This document shows positions 8,658-16,217 of a stretch of DNA of 64,000 nt, piece after piece. The position numbers were made by a program, and so were the translations under genes. Origin of the DNA: Verrucomicrobiia bacterium (GTDB lineage Bacteria > Verrucomicrobiota > Verrucomicrobiia > Limisphaerales > UBA11358); the NCBI GenBank assembly GCA_049692125.1, contig JBAVOO010000038.1:5588-69587 (forward strand). The letters run 5' to 3'. Numbering within the stretch: the first letter of the stretch is position 1; each line of letters starts with the position of its first letter. The notes under the pieces were generated by a model. The model was given only the letters and a program-made list of their open reading frames with translations. It searched no databases and was not told the origin of the DNA.

Positions 8658-10058
8658 ATGCTCGAAAGATTTTTCAAGCTTTCGCAAAACCAAACCACGG
8701 CGCGCACGGAAATCCTCGCGGGTGTCACGACGTTCCTGACGATGGCGTACATCATCGTCGTGCAACCGGCGGTGTTGTCGGGCGCCATGTTCGGGGCGCC
8801 GACGGGCATGGACTTTGGCGCGGTAACCACGGCCACGTGTCTTGCCGCCGCGCTGGCCACGGCGCTCATGGCGTTGCTGGCGCGTTATCCCATCGCGCAG
8901 GCGCCGGGCATGGGCGAAAATTTCTTCTTTGTGTTTTCGGCCATCCCCGCCGCCGCCGCCGCCGGTTTCACCAACAGCTGGCAGGTGGCGCTGGGAACAG
9001 TTTTTGTATCGGGGATTTTATTTTTGATTCTGTCGCTCGCCGGTCTGCGCGAAATGATTTTCAACGCCGTCAGCCCCAGCCTGAAATGCGCGATAGCGGC
9101 GGGGATCGGCCTGTTCATTGCGTTCATCGGGCTGCAAAACGCCGGCGTCATCATCAAAGACCCCGGCTCGGCGGTGAAGTTGAACACGCACTTCGCCTCG
9201 CCCGACCTGATTGTGTTTTTCGCCTGCCTGCTGACCACGGCAGTGCTACACGCCCGCAAGGTCCGCGGTTCGATCCTGTGGGGCATCGTCGCGGCCACAG
9301 TGCTGGCGGTCGCACTCAAACTGGCCCTGCCGCCGTCCGGCTCTCCGCTGGTCGCCAATTCGATGCTGGTGAAACAATTTGTTTTTGCGAGGGCCGTCGT
9401 CGCCGTGCCGCCGTCGCTCGCGCCGACATTTTTCCAGATGGACATCCTGCACGCGCTGTCGCCGAAAATGTTGCCGTTCGTTTTTGTGTTTCTGTTCATG
9501 CTCACCTTCGACGCCATCGGCACGCTGATTGGCGTTTGCGAACAGGCCGGCTTCATGCGCGACAACAAGCTGCCGCGCGCGAAGCAGGCGATGGTGTCCG
9601 ATGCCGTGGGCACGGTGGCGGGCGCGGCGCTGGGCACCAGCACGGTGACGAGTTTTGTCGAAAGCGCGGCGGGCGTGGAACAGGGCGGACGCACAGGGCT
9701 GACCGGTCTGATCGTGGCCGCGCTATTTTTGCTGGCGCTGTTTTTCAGTCCGCTGATTGCCATGATCGGCAGCTATCCGCCCATCACCGCGCCCGCGCTC
9801 GTCATCGTCGGCGCCATGATGGCGCAAAATGCCGCCCGGATTGACTGGAAAGATTACACGGAATCCGTGCCCGCGTTCCTGGTGATGATTGGCATTCCGC
9901 TGTCATATTCGATTGCCGACGGCCTCGCGCTGGGTTTCATCAGCTACCCGATCATCAAACTTTTCACCGGACGCGGGCGCGAAGCGGGCTGGCTGACTTA
10001 CCTTCTCGCCATCGTGCTCGTGTTGTATTTCATTTTTGTGCGGAGCCGGATGGGCTGA
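8658..10058 (+). CDS. NCS2/AzgA-family purine permease (adenine/guanine/hypoxanthine)
   Basis: 466 aa. MLERFFKL...TTARTEILAGVTTFLTMAYIIVVQP and ...GTSTVTSFVESAAGVEQGGRTGLT... align closely with my recollection of E. coli GhxP/AdeP-type permeases. Confidence 0.92.
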   Translation: MLERFFKLSQNQTTARTEILAGVTTFLTMAYIIVVQPAVLSGAMFGAPTGMDFGAVTTATCLAAALATALMALLARYPIAQAPGMGENFFFVFSAIPAAAAAGFTNSWQVALGTVFVSGILFLILSLAGLREMIFNAVSPSLKCAIAAGIGLFIAFIGLQNAGVIIKDPGSAVKLNTHFASPDLIVFFACLLTTAVLHARKVRGSILWGIVAATVLAVALKLALPPSGSPLVANSMLVKQFVFARAVVAVPPSLAPTFFQMDILHALSPKMLPFVFVFLFMLTFDAIGTLIGVCEQAGFMRDNKLPRAKQAMVSDAVGTVAGAALGTSTVTSFVESAAGVEQGGRTGLTGLIVAALFLLALFFSPLIAMIGSYPPITAPALVIVGAMMAQNAARIDWKDYTESVPAFLVMIGIPLSYSIADGLALGFISYPIIKLFTGRGREAGWLTYLLAIVLVLYFIFVRSRMG

Positions 10059-10128
10059 GATTCATTGCGTTCGGCTTGCAAATCTGAAACGCGGCGTTAC
10101 GCTGATGTATGGAAGTGTGTTATCGGCC

Positions 10129-10386
10129 ATGACCATTAACATTCCAGATGAGATCGCAAACGAATTGGGAACGGCTGCGCGTGACGTGGAGCGCCACGTG
10201 GTGGAAGCGGTCGCGATCGAAGGCTACCGAAGTGGACGGTTTTCCATCGGCTTCATCGGGAGGATACTGGGCTTGAGTTTATGGGACGTGGAAAAATTTC
10301 TTGATCGGCACGGCGCGCGGCATCCTTACACCGCAGACATGCTGCGGGAAGACCGCAATTCGCTGGGCCGGTCTTCCACTCCATGA
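10129..10386 (+). CDS. UPF0175-family antitoxin-like protein
   Basis: MTINIPDEIANELG...VVEAVAIEGYRSGRFSIGFIGRILGLSLWDVEKFLDRHG fits UPF0175. Alternative starts exist at 10105 and 10036. It overlaps the next gene by 4 nt. Confidence 0.7.
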   Translation: MTINIPDEIANELGTAARDVERHVVEAVAIEGYRSGRFSIGFIGRILGLSLWDVEKFLDRHGARHPYTADMLREDRNSLGRSSTP

Positions 10387-10859
10387 TGCTCGTCGTTGCC
10401 GACACGAGTCCGGTGCGCTACCTCGTTTTAGTCGGAGCGATGGATTGCCTGCCCAAACTTTACGATGCGGTTGTGATTCCACCGGCAGTACGGGCGGAGC
10501 TGGCGCATCCGGCTGCGCCGGAAAAGGTTCGCGCTTGGATTTCAACTCCGCCGGCGTGGCTTTCAATAAAAACTCCCGCGAAAATCCAAACCGATTTGAA
10601 CTTGGGCCTCGGTGAACTGGAAGCCATCGCACTGGCAGCCGAACTTCACGCGGCGGCCTTGCTTCTGGATGATCGTCACGCGAGAGAAGTTGCAATAGCA
10701 CAAGGGTTGTGCGTGGCCGGAACGGTGGGTGTTTTGGAAAAAATGGCCGCTGCCGGTCTGATGGACCTGCGAGTCATCCTGGAGCGATTGCGCCAAACCA
10801 ATTTTCGGGGTGACGAGCGGCTTTTTATTGACGCGCTTGCGCGTTTCGAGAACAAATAA
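10383..10859 (+). CDS. DUF3368 / PIN-like nuclease (toxin partner of UPF0175)
   Basis: 158 aa. N-terminus MMLVVADTSPVRYLVLVG...LPKLY..VVIPPAV..EL is typical of DUF3368 PIN-fold proteins, which are usually paired with UPF0175. Confidence 0.75.
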   Translation: MMLVVADTSPVRYLVLVGAMDCLPKLYDAVVIPPAVRAELAHPAAPEKVRAWISTPPAWLSIKTPAKIQTDLNLGLGELEAIALAAELHAAALLLDDRHAREVAIAQGLCVAGTVGVLEKMAAAGLMDLRVILERLRQTNFRGDERLFIDALARFENK

Positions 10860-10862
10860 TTC

Positions 10863-12575
10863 ATGCGGAATATTCAACAAAAACTCGGCATTGCCCGGGG
10901 CGAACAGCCGGCGGAGCTGCTCTTCAAAAACGCCCGGCTCGTGAATGTCTTGAGCGGCGAGATTCATCCCGCAAACGTGGCGGTGGATGACGGACGGGTC
11001 ATCGGCATCGGCGATTACCGGGCGCGGCGGGTGATTGACCTGCACGGCTCGTATCTGGCGCCGAGTTTGATTGACGGGCATTTTCATGTCGAAAGCTCGA
11101 TGCTGACCGTGCCGGAATTCGCGCGGGCGGTCGTGCCGCATGGCACGGGCGCCGCGGTGATTGACCCGCATGAATACGCCAACGTGCTCGGGCTCGATGG
11201 CATCCGCTACGTTTTGGAGTCGTCAAAAAAACTGCCGCTGGATTTTTTCATCATGTTGCCGTCGTGCGTTCCAGCGACGCCGTTGGAGACGGCGGGCGCG
11301 CGAATCACGGCGGATGATTTGCGATTGATGATCGGCGACGAGCGCGTCGCGGGAGTGGGCGAGATGATGAATTTCCCCGGTGTTTTTCTCGGAGCCAAAA
11401 GCGAGCTGGCCAAGATTGACGCGGGCAAGGGCAAATGCGTGGACGGGCACGCGCCCGGCCTGCGCGGAAAAAATCTCAACGCCTATGTGCTGGCCGGCGT
11501 GCGCTCGGACCACGAATCCGTCGAGGTCGGGGAAGCGAAGGAAAAGCTGCGCCTCGGCATGCACGTTCTGTTGCGCGAAGGCAGCACGGAGCGGAATCTG
11601 GCGCACCTGCTGCCGCTCATCAATGCGCACAACGCGCAAAACTGCTCCTTCGCCACCGACGACAAGCTCGCCGGCGACCTGGTGAACGAAGGTCACATTG
11701 ACCATTGCGTGCGCAAGGCCATCCGGCTCGGCCTGCCGCCCATCAGCGCGCTGCAAATCGCCACCATCAACACCGCGCGGCATTACCGTCTGCAAAACCT
11801 CGGCGCCATCGCCCCGCGCTTCTGGGCGGACTTCATCGTGTTCGACGACCTGAAAAAGTTTTCCGTCCGCCAGGTTTACAAAAAGGGCGCGCTGGTTGCG
11901 GAAGACGGGCGTTATCTGGGCCGGACGCCGGCCAAAATCGGCCTGCCCCGCAGCACCATGAATATGCGCTATCAACCGGGCGACTTTCGCGTCCGGGCCG
12001 GTGGTGGAAAGAAAATCAAGGTCATCGAAATCGTACCGCAGCAGATTGTCACCCGGACCGCCATCGTCACGCCGAAAGTTGAAGGCAGTGAAGTTGTTGC
12101 CGATACGGGGCGCGACATTCTCAAGCTCGTCGTGGTGGAACGGCACCGCGCCACGGGCAACGTCGGCGTCGGCTTCGTGCGCGGTTTCAAGCTCAAGCGC
12201 GGTGCAATTGGCTCAACCGTCGCGCACGACGCGCACAACGTCGTCGTTGCCGGCACAAACGACGCGGATATGCTGTGCGCCCTCCAGCAACTGGAGCGGA
12301 TGCAGGGCGGGCAGGTCGCCGTGGCCAACGGCAAAATCAAAGCGGAGCTGCCTTTGCCCATCGCGGGATTGGTATCCGACCGGCCGTTGGCGGAAGTCAT
12401 CAAAGGCATTGGGGATTTGAACGTCGCGGCCCGCGCGCTGGGCTGTAAGTTGCCTGCGCCCTTCATGAGTCTCTCGTTCCTGAGCCTTTCGCCCATTCCC
12501 GAGTTGAAGCTCACCGATCAAGGGCTGATCGACGCGGTCAAAATGCAGCGCACAGAGCTTTGGGTAAAGGCTTGA
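10863..12575 (+). CDS. ade: Adenine deaminase
   Basis: 570 aa. LIDGHFHVESSML, DPHEYANV, GHAPGLRGKNLNAYVLAGVRSDHES and REGSTERNL match the E. coli Ade family. Confidence 0.92.
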   Translation: MRNIQQKLGIARGEQPAELLFKNARLVNVLSGEIHPANVAVDDGRVIGIGDYRARRVIDLHGSYLAPSLIDGHFHVESSMLTVPEFARAVVPHGTGAAVIDPHEYANVLGLDGIRYVLESSKKLPLDFFIMLPSCVPATPLETAGARITADDLRLMIGDERVAGVGEMMNFPGVFLGAKSELAKIDAGKGKCVDGHAPGLRGKNLNAYVLAGVRSDHESVEVGEAKEKLRLGMHVLLREGSTERNLAHLLPLINAHNAQNCSFATDDKLAGDLVNEGHIDHCVRKAIRLGLPPISALQIATINTARHYRLQNLGAIAPRFWADFIVFDDLKKFSVRQVYKKGALVAEDGRYLGRTPAKIGLPRSTMNMRYQPGDFRVRAGGGKKIKVIEIVPQQIVTRTAIVTPKVEGSEVVADTGRDILKLVVVERHRATGNVGVGFVRGFKLKRGAIGSTVAHDAHNVVVAGTNDADMLCALQQLERMQGGQVAVANGKIKAELPLPIAGLVSDRPLAEVIKGIGDLNVAARALGCKLPAPFMSLSFLSLSPIPELKLTDQGLIDAVKMQRTELWVKA

Positions 12576-12639
12576 GTGCAATTGCAACGCTCCCCTCTCC
12601 GCCAACGGAGTTGGGGGAGAGGACCGAGGAGAGGTGGAG

Positions 12640-12760
12640 TTTTGGACTGCGCCGGCAGAGCACAGCGGCGACGGCGCTTTCGTGCTTGGCGGGGGCGCAA
12701 ATATTCGAAAGGTTCACTCCCAAAGCGGTGTCGCGCTTCGCTTGCCACCGCACTCCAAAA
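12640..12760. repeat. Family E repeat (TTTTGGACTGCG ... GCACTCCAAAA)
   Basis: Intergenic. The inverted termini are related to the copy at 39386-39469 (gtcttggactgcggcag ... ctggcgcactccaagac). A smaller hairpin ctcccctctccgccaacggagttgggggagagg lies just upstream. Confidence 0.6.
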
Positions 12761-12794
12761 CCTGCCGGCAATTCGGACGGTTTGAAGAAAGAAC

Positions 12795-14312
12795 TCAGTC
12801 ACGCGATTCGACCTGTTGGTTGAACTCTTCAATCAACTGGTCGAAATACGCGACTTCGTCCTCGAACAACGCCCGCCAGTATTCCGGATTCCATTGTTCC
12901 GTCAGCTCGGCTGAAGTTTTCCCCTGCTGCTCGACCCAGGTGTAATACTTGAGATTGTGAATCGCCTTGCGCTCCGGATAGGTCAGTTCCTTGAAGTAAT
13001 CCACACTCTGGTGCGCGAGCGGGCCGGCAAAGTCAGCGACCGCGTCCTGCGCGCGATATGCGCCGCGCTCGTGCTTCAATTCCTCGACGCGCGAGCCGTA
13101 AAGCTCGGTGGAGTCGGTGAACACGGTGAAAATCACATCCCGCTCGGTCAGTTCGAAATGTTTTGCGGTCTTGATGGCGGCGAGCAGGTTGCAGATGCTG
13201 GAAATGCCGAGCAGCGGCAACGATTCCAACTCTTTCGCCTTCACCCCGAGCGAGGCGAGATGTTTCTGGCCGGCGGCTTCGTTGAACACGCGGAGAATTC
13301 TCATGCAATCCTCGTCGTCAATTGCGGCGACCGCGTCAGTGTTGCGGACGTTGTGAACCCACGGGACATGTTTGTCGCCGATGCCTTCGATGCGGTGATC
13401 ACCAAAGCCGTTCATCAGCAGAGTGGGGCACTGCAATGCTTCGGTCGCGACGATCTTCAGGGCGGGATGCTGCTTCTTCAGGTAATCGCCTGCCGCGATG
13501 GTGCCGGCGGAACCGGTTGCGGAAATGTAAGCCGCTGCGCGCAACGGAGCGCGGCGTTCACGCCGCTTCACCGTCCTAGCCGAAGCGGCGTAAACGCCGC
13601 GCTCCGACGCATTAAGTTTTTGAAAAACCTCGTCAATGGCCGGGCCGGTCACGTTGTAGTGAAAGATCGGATTACCGAATTCATCGAACTGGTTGAAGAT
13701 GACGTTCAGTGGGTCCTTTTTCAGTTCCCAACATTTGTCGTAAATCTCCTTCACGTTCGATTCGCAGCCAGGCGTGGCGATGATTTCCGCGCCAATCTTC
13801 TTCAGCCACTCGAAGCGTTCACGCGACATGCCCTGCGGCAGAATCGCGATGGCCGTGCAGTCCAGCACGGCACAGTCAAACGCGCCCCCGCGGCAAAAAT
13901 TTCCCGTGGACGGCCATGCGGCCTTGTGCTTCTCGGGATCGAACTCGCCGCTCACCAATCGCGGCACGAGGCAGCCAAACGCCGCGCCGACCTTGTGCGC
14001 GCCGGTCGGGAAATATTTTCCAACCAGCCCGATGACGCGCGCCTTGACGCCGGTGATGGCCGGCGGAATTTCCAGATAATTCACGCCGCCGTAGAAACCT
14101 GTCTTCATGTCGTTCTTCCAGGTGATGCGAAAAAGATTCACTGGATTCACGTCCCACAGCCCGACGCCTTTGAGCTTTCGCTTGATGGCGGGCGGGATGA
14201 GTTCCGGATTCCGCAGTTGCTTGAACGTGGGCAACACGATGCCGCGTTTGCGGCAGCGCGCCGCGGTTTTCCTGATGACCTCCGGATGCAGACGTTTTAT
14301 GATTTTGGACAT
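12795..14312 (-). CDS. Fold-type-II PLP-dependent enzyme (cysteine synthase / Trp-synthase-beta superfamily), 505 aa, function unknown
   Basis: PLP-lysine context FPTGAHKVGAAFG and Gly-rich loop ISATGSAGTIAAG. It is longer than classical CysK/CBS cores. First gene of the yge-like cluster. Confidence 0.85.
   Translation of the reverse strand: MSKIIKRLHPEVIRKTAARCRKRGIVLPTFKQLRNPELIPPAIKRKLKGVGLWDVNPVNLFRITWKNDMKTGFYGGVNYLEIPPAITGVKARVIGLVGKYFPTGAHKVGAAFGCLVPRLVSGEFDPEKHKAAWPSTGNFCRGGAFDCAVLDCTAIAILPQGMSRERFEWLKKIGAEIIATPGCESNVKEIYDKCWELKKDPLNVIFNQFDEFGNPIFHYNVTGPAIDEVFQKLNASERGVYAASARTVKRRERRAPLRAAAYISATGSAGTIAAGDYLKKQHPALKIVATEALQCPTLLMNGFGDHRIEGIGDKHVPWVHNVRNTDAVAAIDDEDCMRILRVFNEAAGQKHLASLGVKAKELESLPLLGISSICNLLAAIKTAKHFELTERDVIFTVFTDSTELYGSRVEELKHERGAYRAQDAVADFAGPLAHQSVDYFKELTYPERKAIHNLKYYTWVEQQGKTSAELTEQWNPEYWRALFEDEVAYFDQLIEEFNQQVESRD
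13546..13605. repeat. 60-bp near-perfect hairpin inserted in frame in the PLP-enzyme gene
   Basis: Arms ggagcgcggcgttcacgccgcttc and gaagcggcgtaaacgccgcgctcc (23/24 complementary) around a 12-nt loop. Encodes roughly ERGVYAASARTVKRRERRAP on the minus strand. Confidence 0.8.
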
Positions 14313-14392
14313 GGCTCGCGAATCTTACTAAGAAACGCGGCAAAAGGGAATTGAAGAAAAGCCCCGCGAGTTTGCCGAAAAGGGAATGAGAT

Positions 14393-14428
14393 TTGCCGAG
14401 CGCGGCCAGCGGCGATTTCACGCGCCAG
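14393..14428. repeat. Direct repeat copy 1 (duplicate of the ygeW 3' end)
   Basis: ttgccgagcgcggccagcggcgatttcacgcgccag versus 14923-14960 ttgcccagcgcggccagcggcgattttacccgcgccag. There are 34 identical positions, 2 mismatches and a 2-nt indel. Confidence 0.8.
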
Positions 14429-14513
14429 TCAGTTTGGGCTTGCCCTGAACCGGCAGACTGTTATATTTGATTAGAACAAAGGCAAACCTCAACCCGCCTC
14501 AAGGCGCATTGCT

Positions 14514-14900
14514 ATGAAACAAACATTCGGACGGTTTTTGAAAACGAAGCGGCTGGCGCTCGATTTGAGCCTGCGCGAGTTCGCGCGGAAGATCGGGATG
14601 CAGCCGTCCAACTACTGCAACATCGAGAGCGACGTCCTGCCGCCGCCGCCAGCCGAAGGGCTGGAGCGCATCGGCAAGGTGCTCGGCCTGAAAAAGGGCA
14701 CGCCGGATTACGCGAAGTTCCACGATCTATCGGCGCAGGGCCGGGACGAGATTCCGGCGGACGTGGAACGGATTGTGAAGGGGAACGAACTCCTGCCGGC
14801 GATGTTGCGCACGGTGGAGTATGAGAAGGTGACAAAGGAGCAGTTGCGCGGCATCATCGAGGACCTCAAAAGTGGGCGATACAAAAAGACCAGCCGTTAA
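14514..14900 (+). CDS. XRE-family helix-turn-helix transcriptional regulator
   Basis: 128 aa. FGRFLKTKRLALDLSLREFARKIGMQPSNYCNIESD is a classical Cro/C1-type HTH. Confidence 0.8.
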   Translation: MKQTFGRFLKTKRLALDLSLREFARKIGMQPSNYCNIESDVLPPPPAEGLERIGKVLGLKKGTPDYAKFHDLSAQGRDEIPADVERIVKGNELLPAMLRTVEYEKVTKEQLRGIIEDLKSGRYKKTSR

Positions 14901-14909
14901 AGTCAGGGA

Positions 14910-16076
14910 TTACTTGATCAACTTGCCCAGCGCGGCCAGCGGCGATTTTACCCGCGCCAGGAAAATCATCGCGGCAATCACGAATGGCTTGAAGCTCGCC
15001 TCGCGGTAGGTCGCGAGGCGGTGTTTCTCAAACACAGTCGCCGACACCTCGCCCTGCGCGCAGCTCACGCCCGAGATGTCCGCGGGCAGACAGTGCAGGT
15101 AGAGCGCCTTGCCGCCTTTGGTGAGTTTCATTTTCTTTTCGTCGCATTCCCAGTTCTTGAAGCGCGCATTGTTCGCGAGACATTCCTTCTCCAGCGCCTT
15201 CAGCCCGTCGAGGTAGCCCTGTTTTAACAAGGGTGTGCGTCTCTGCATCACCGCGTAAGGCGCCCACGATTTCGGATACACTACGTCCGCGTCGCGGAAC
15301 GCGTCCTCCATGTTCGACACCACTTCAAACTTGCCGCCGCACTTCGCCGCGTTTTTTTTCGCCAGTTCAACCACGTCCGGAATCAAACCGTAACCCTCCG
15401 GATGCGCCAGCGTCACGTTCATGCCGAACCGGGTCATCAAACCGATGATGCCCTGCGGCACGGACAGCGGTTTGCCGTAACTCGGCGAATACGCCCAGCT
15501 CATGGCAATCTTTTTGCCACGTAGATTTTCCAGCGAGCCAAAATGATTCTTCAGGTGGACCAGGTCCGCCATCGCCTGCGTCGGATGGTCAATGTCGCAT
15601 TGCAGGTTGATCACGTTGGGCCGCTGATGCAGCACGCCTTTCTCGAATCCCTCCTGCACCGCGGCGGAAAACTCGCGCATGTAACGGTTGCCCTCGCCGA
15701 GATACATGTCGTCGCGGATGCCGATGACCTCCGCCATGAAGGAAATCATGTTCGCCGTCTCGCGCACCGTCTCGCCATGGGCGATCTGGGATTTTTCCTC
15801 GTCCAGGTCCGCCAGGCCCAGGCCCAGCGAATTCGCCGCTGAAGCGAAGCTGAATCGCGTGCGCGTCGAGTTGTCGCGGAAGATGGAAATCGCCAGCCCG
15901 GTGTCAAAGACGCGGAAGGACTTGCCGGCCCGATGCATTTCGGAAAACAGCTCGGCCAGCGCTACCACGGCGCGGAGTTCGTCCTCGGACTTTTCCCGCG
16001 TCAGCAGGAAATCCTTGCCGTAGCTGTTGAATTTGAGCTTTTGCAGTTCAGCCAGTTGTTGTTTCCAGATCTTCAT
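14910..16076 (-). CDS. ygeW: YgeW-type (knotted) carbamoyltransferase
   Basis: Near-collinear with my recollection of E. coli YgeW: FRDNSTRTRFSF, KSQIAHGETVRETANMISF, NLQCDIDHPTQAMADL, WAYSPSYGKPLSVPQGIIGLMTRFGM, HCLPADISGVSC. The start is set at ATG 16076 (MKIWKQQ...). The ORF-track extension to 16154 runs into repeat A2. Confidence 0.92.
   Translation of the reverse strand: MKIWKQQLAELQKLKFNSYGKDFLLTREKSEDELRAVVALAELFSEMHRAGKSFRVFDTGLAISIFRDNSTRTRFSFASAANSLGLGLADLDEEKSQIAHGETVRETANMISFMAEVIGIRDDMYLGEGNRYMREFSAAVQEGFEKGVLHQRPNVINLQCDIDHPTQAMADLVHLKNHFGSLENLRGKKIAMSWAYSPSYGKPLSVPQGIIGLMTRFGMNVTLAHPEGYGLIPDVVELAKKNAAKCGGKFEVVSNMEDAFRDADVVYPKSWAPYAVMQRRTPLLKQGYLDGLKALEKECLANNARFKNWECDEKKMKLTKGGKALYLHCLPADISGVSCAQGEVSATVFEKHRLATYREASFKPFVIAAMIFLARVKSPLAALGKLIK
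14923..14960. repeat. Direct repeat copy 2 (inside the 3' end of ygeW)
   Basis: See 14393-14428. On the minus strand this copy encodes the native YgeW C-terminus ...ARVKSPLAALGKLIK. Confidence 0.8.
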
Positions 16077-16085
16077 GTATTTGAT

Positions 16086-16194
16086 GTGGCGCAGGCTTTC
16101 CAGCCTGCGGGTTCTGGGGACTTTCCAATCCCCAGTCTCTGGAACACGGGACAAGAATGTCCCGTGAACCCGCAGACAGGAATGTCTGCGCTAC
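16086..16194. repeat. Family A multi-hairpin repeat
   Basis: GTGGCGC ... GCGCTAC. Hairpins: gcaggctttccagcctgc, ggggactttccaatcccc, cgggacaagaatgtcccg, gcagacaggaatgtctgc. Confidence 0.8.
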
Positions 16195-16217
16195 CAGAGT
16201 GAGGTTCATGGAAAGGT

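Noticed and set aside
16077-16154. N-terminal extensions of ORF-track models into repeats or neighbouring genes: ygeW to 16154, thrC-like to 21535, ygfK-like to 26886, FAD/FeS subunit to 17837, cmk-like to 59426, rpiB to 57301.
   Set aside because: The extensions translate repeat DNA or overlap upstream genes. Homology to the families begins at the internal starts that I chose.
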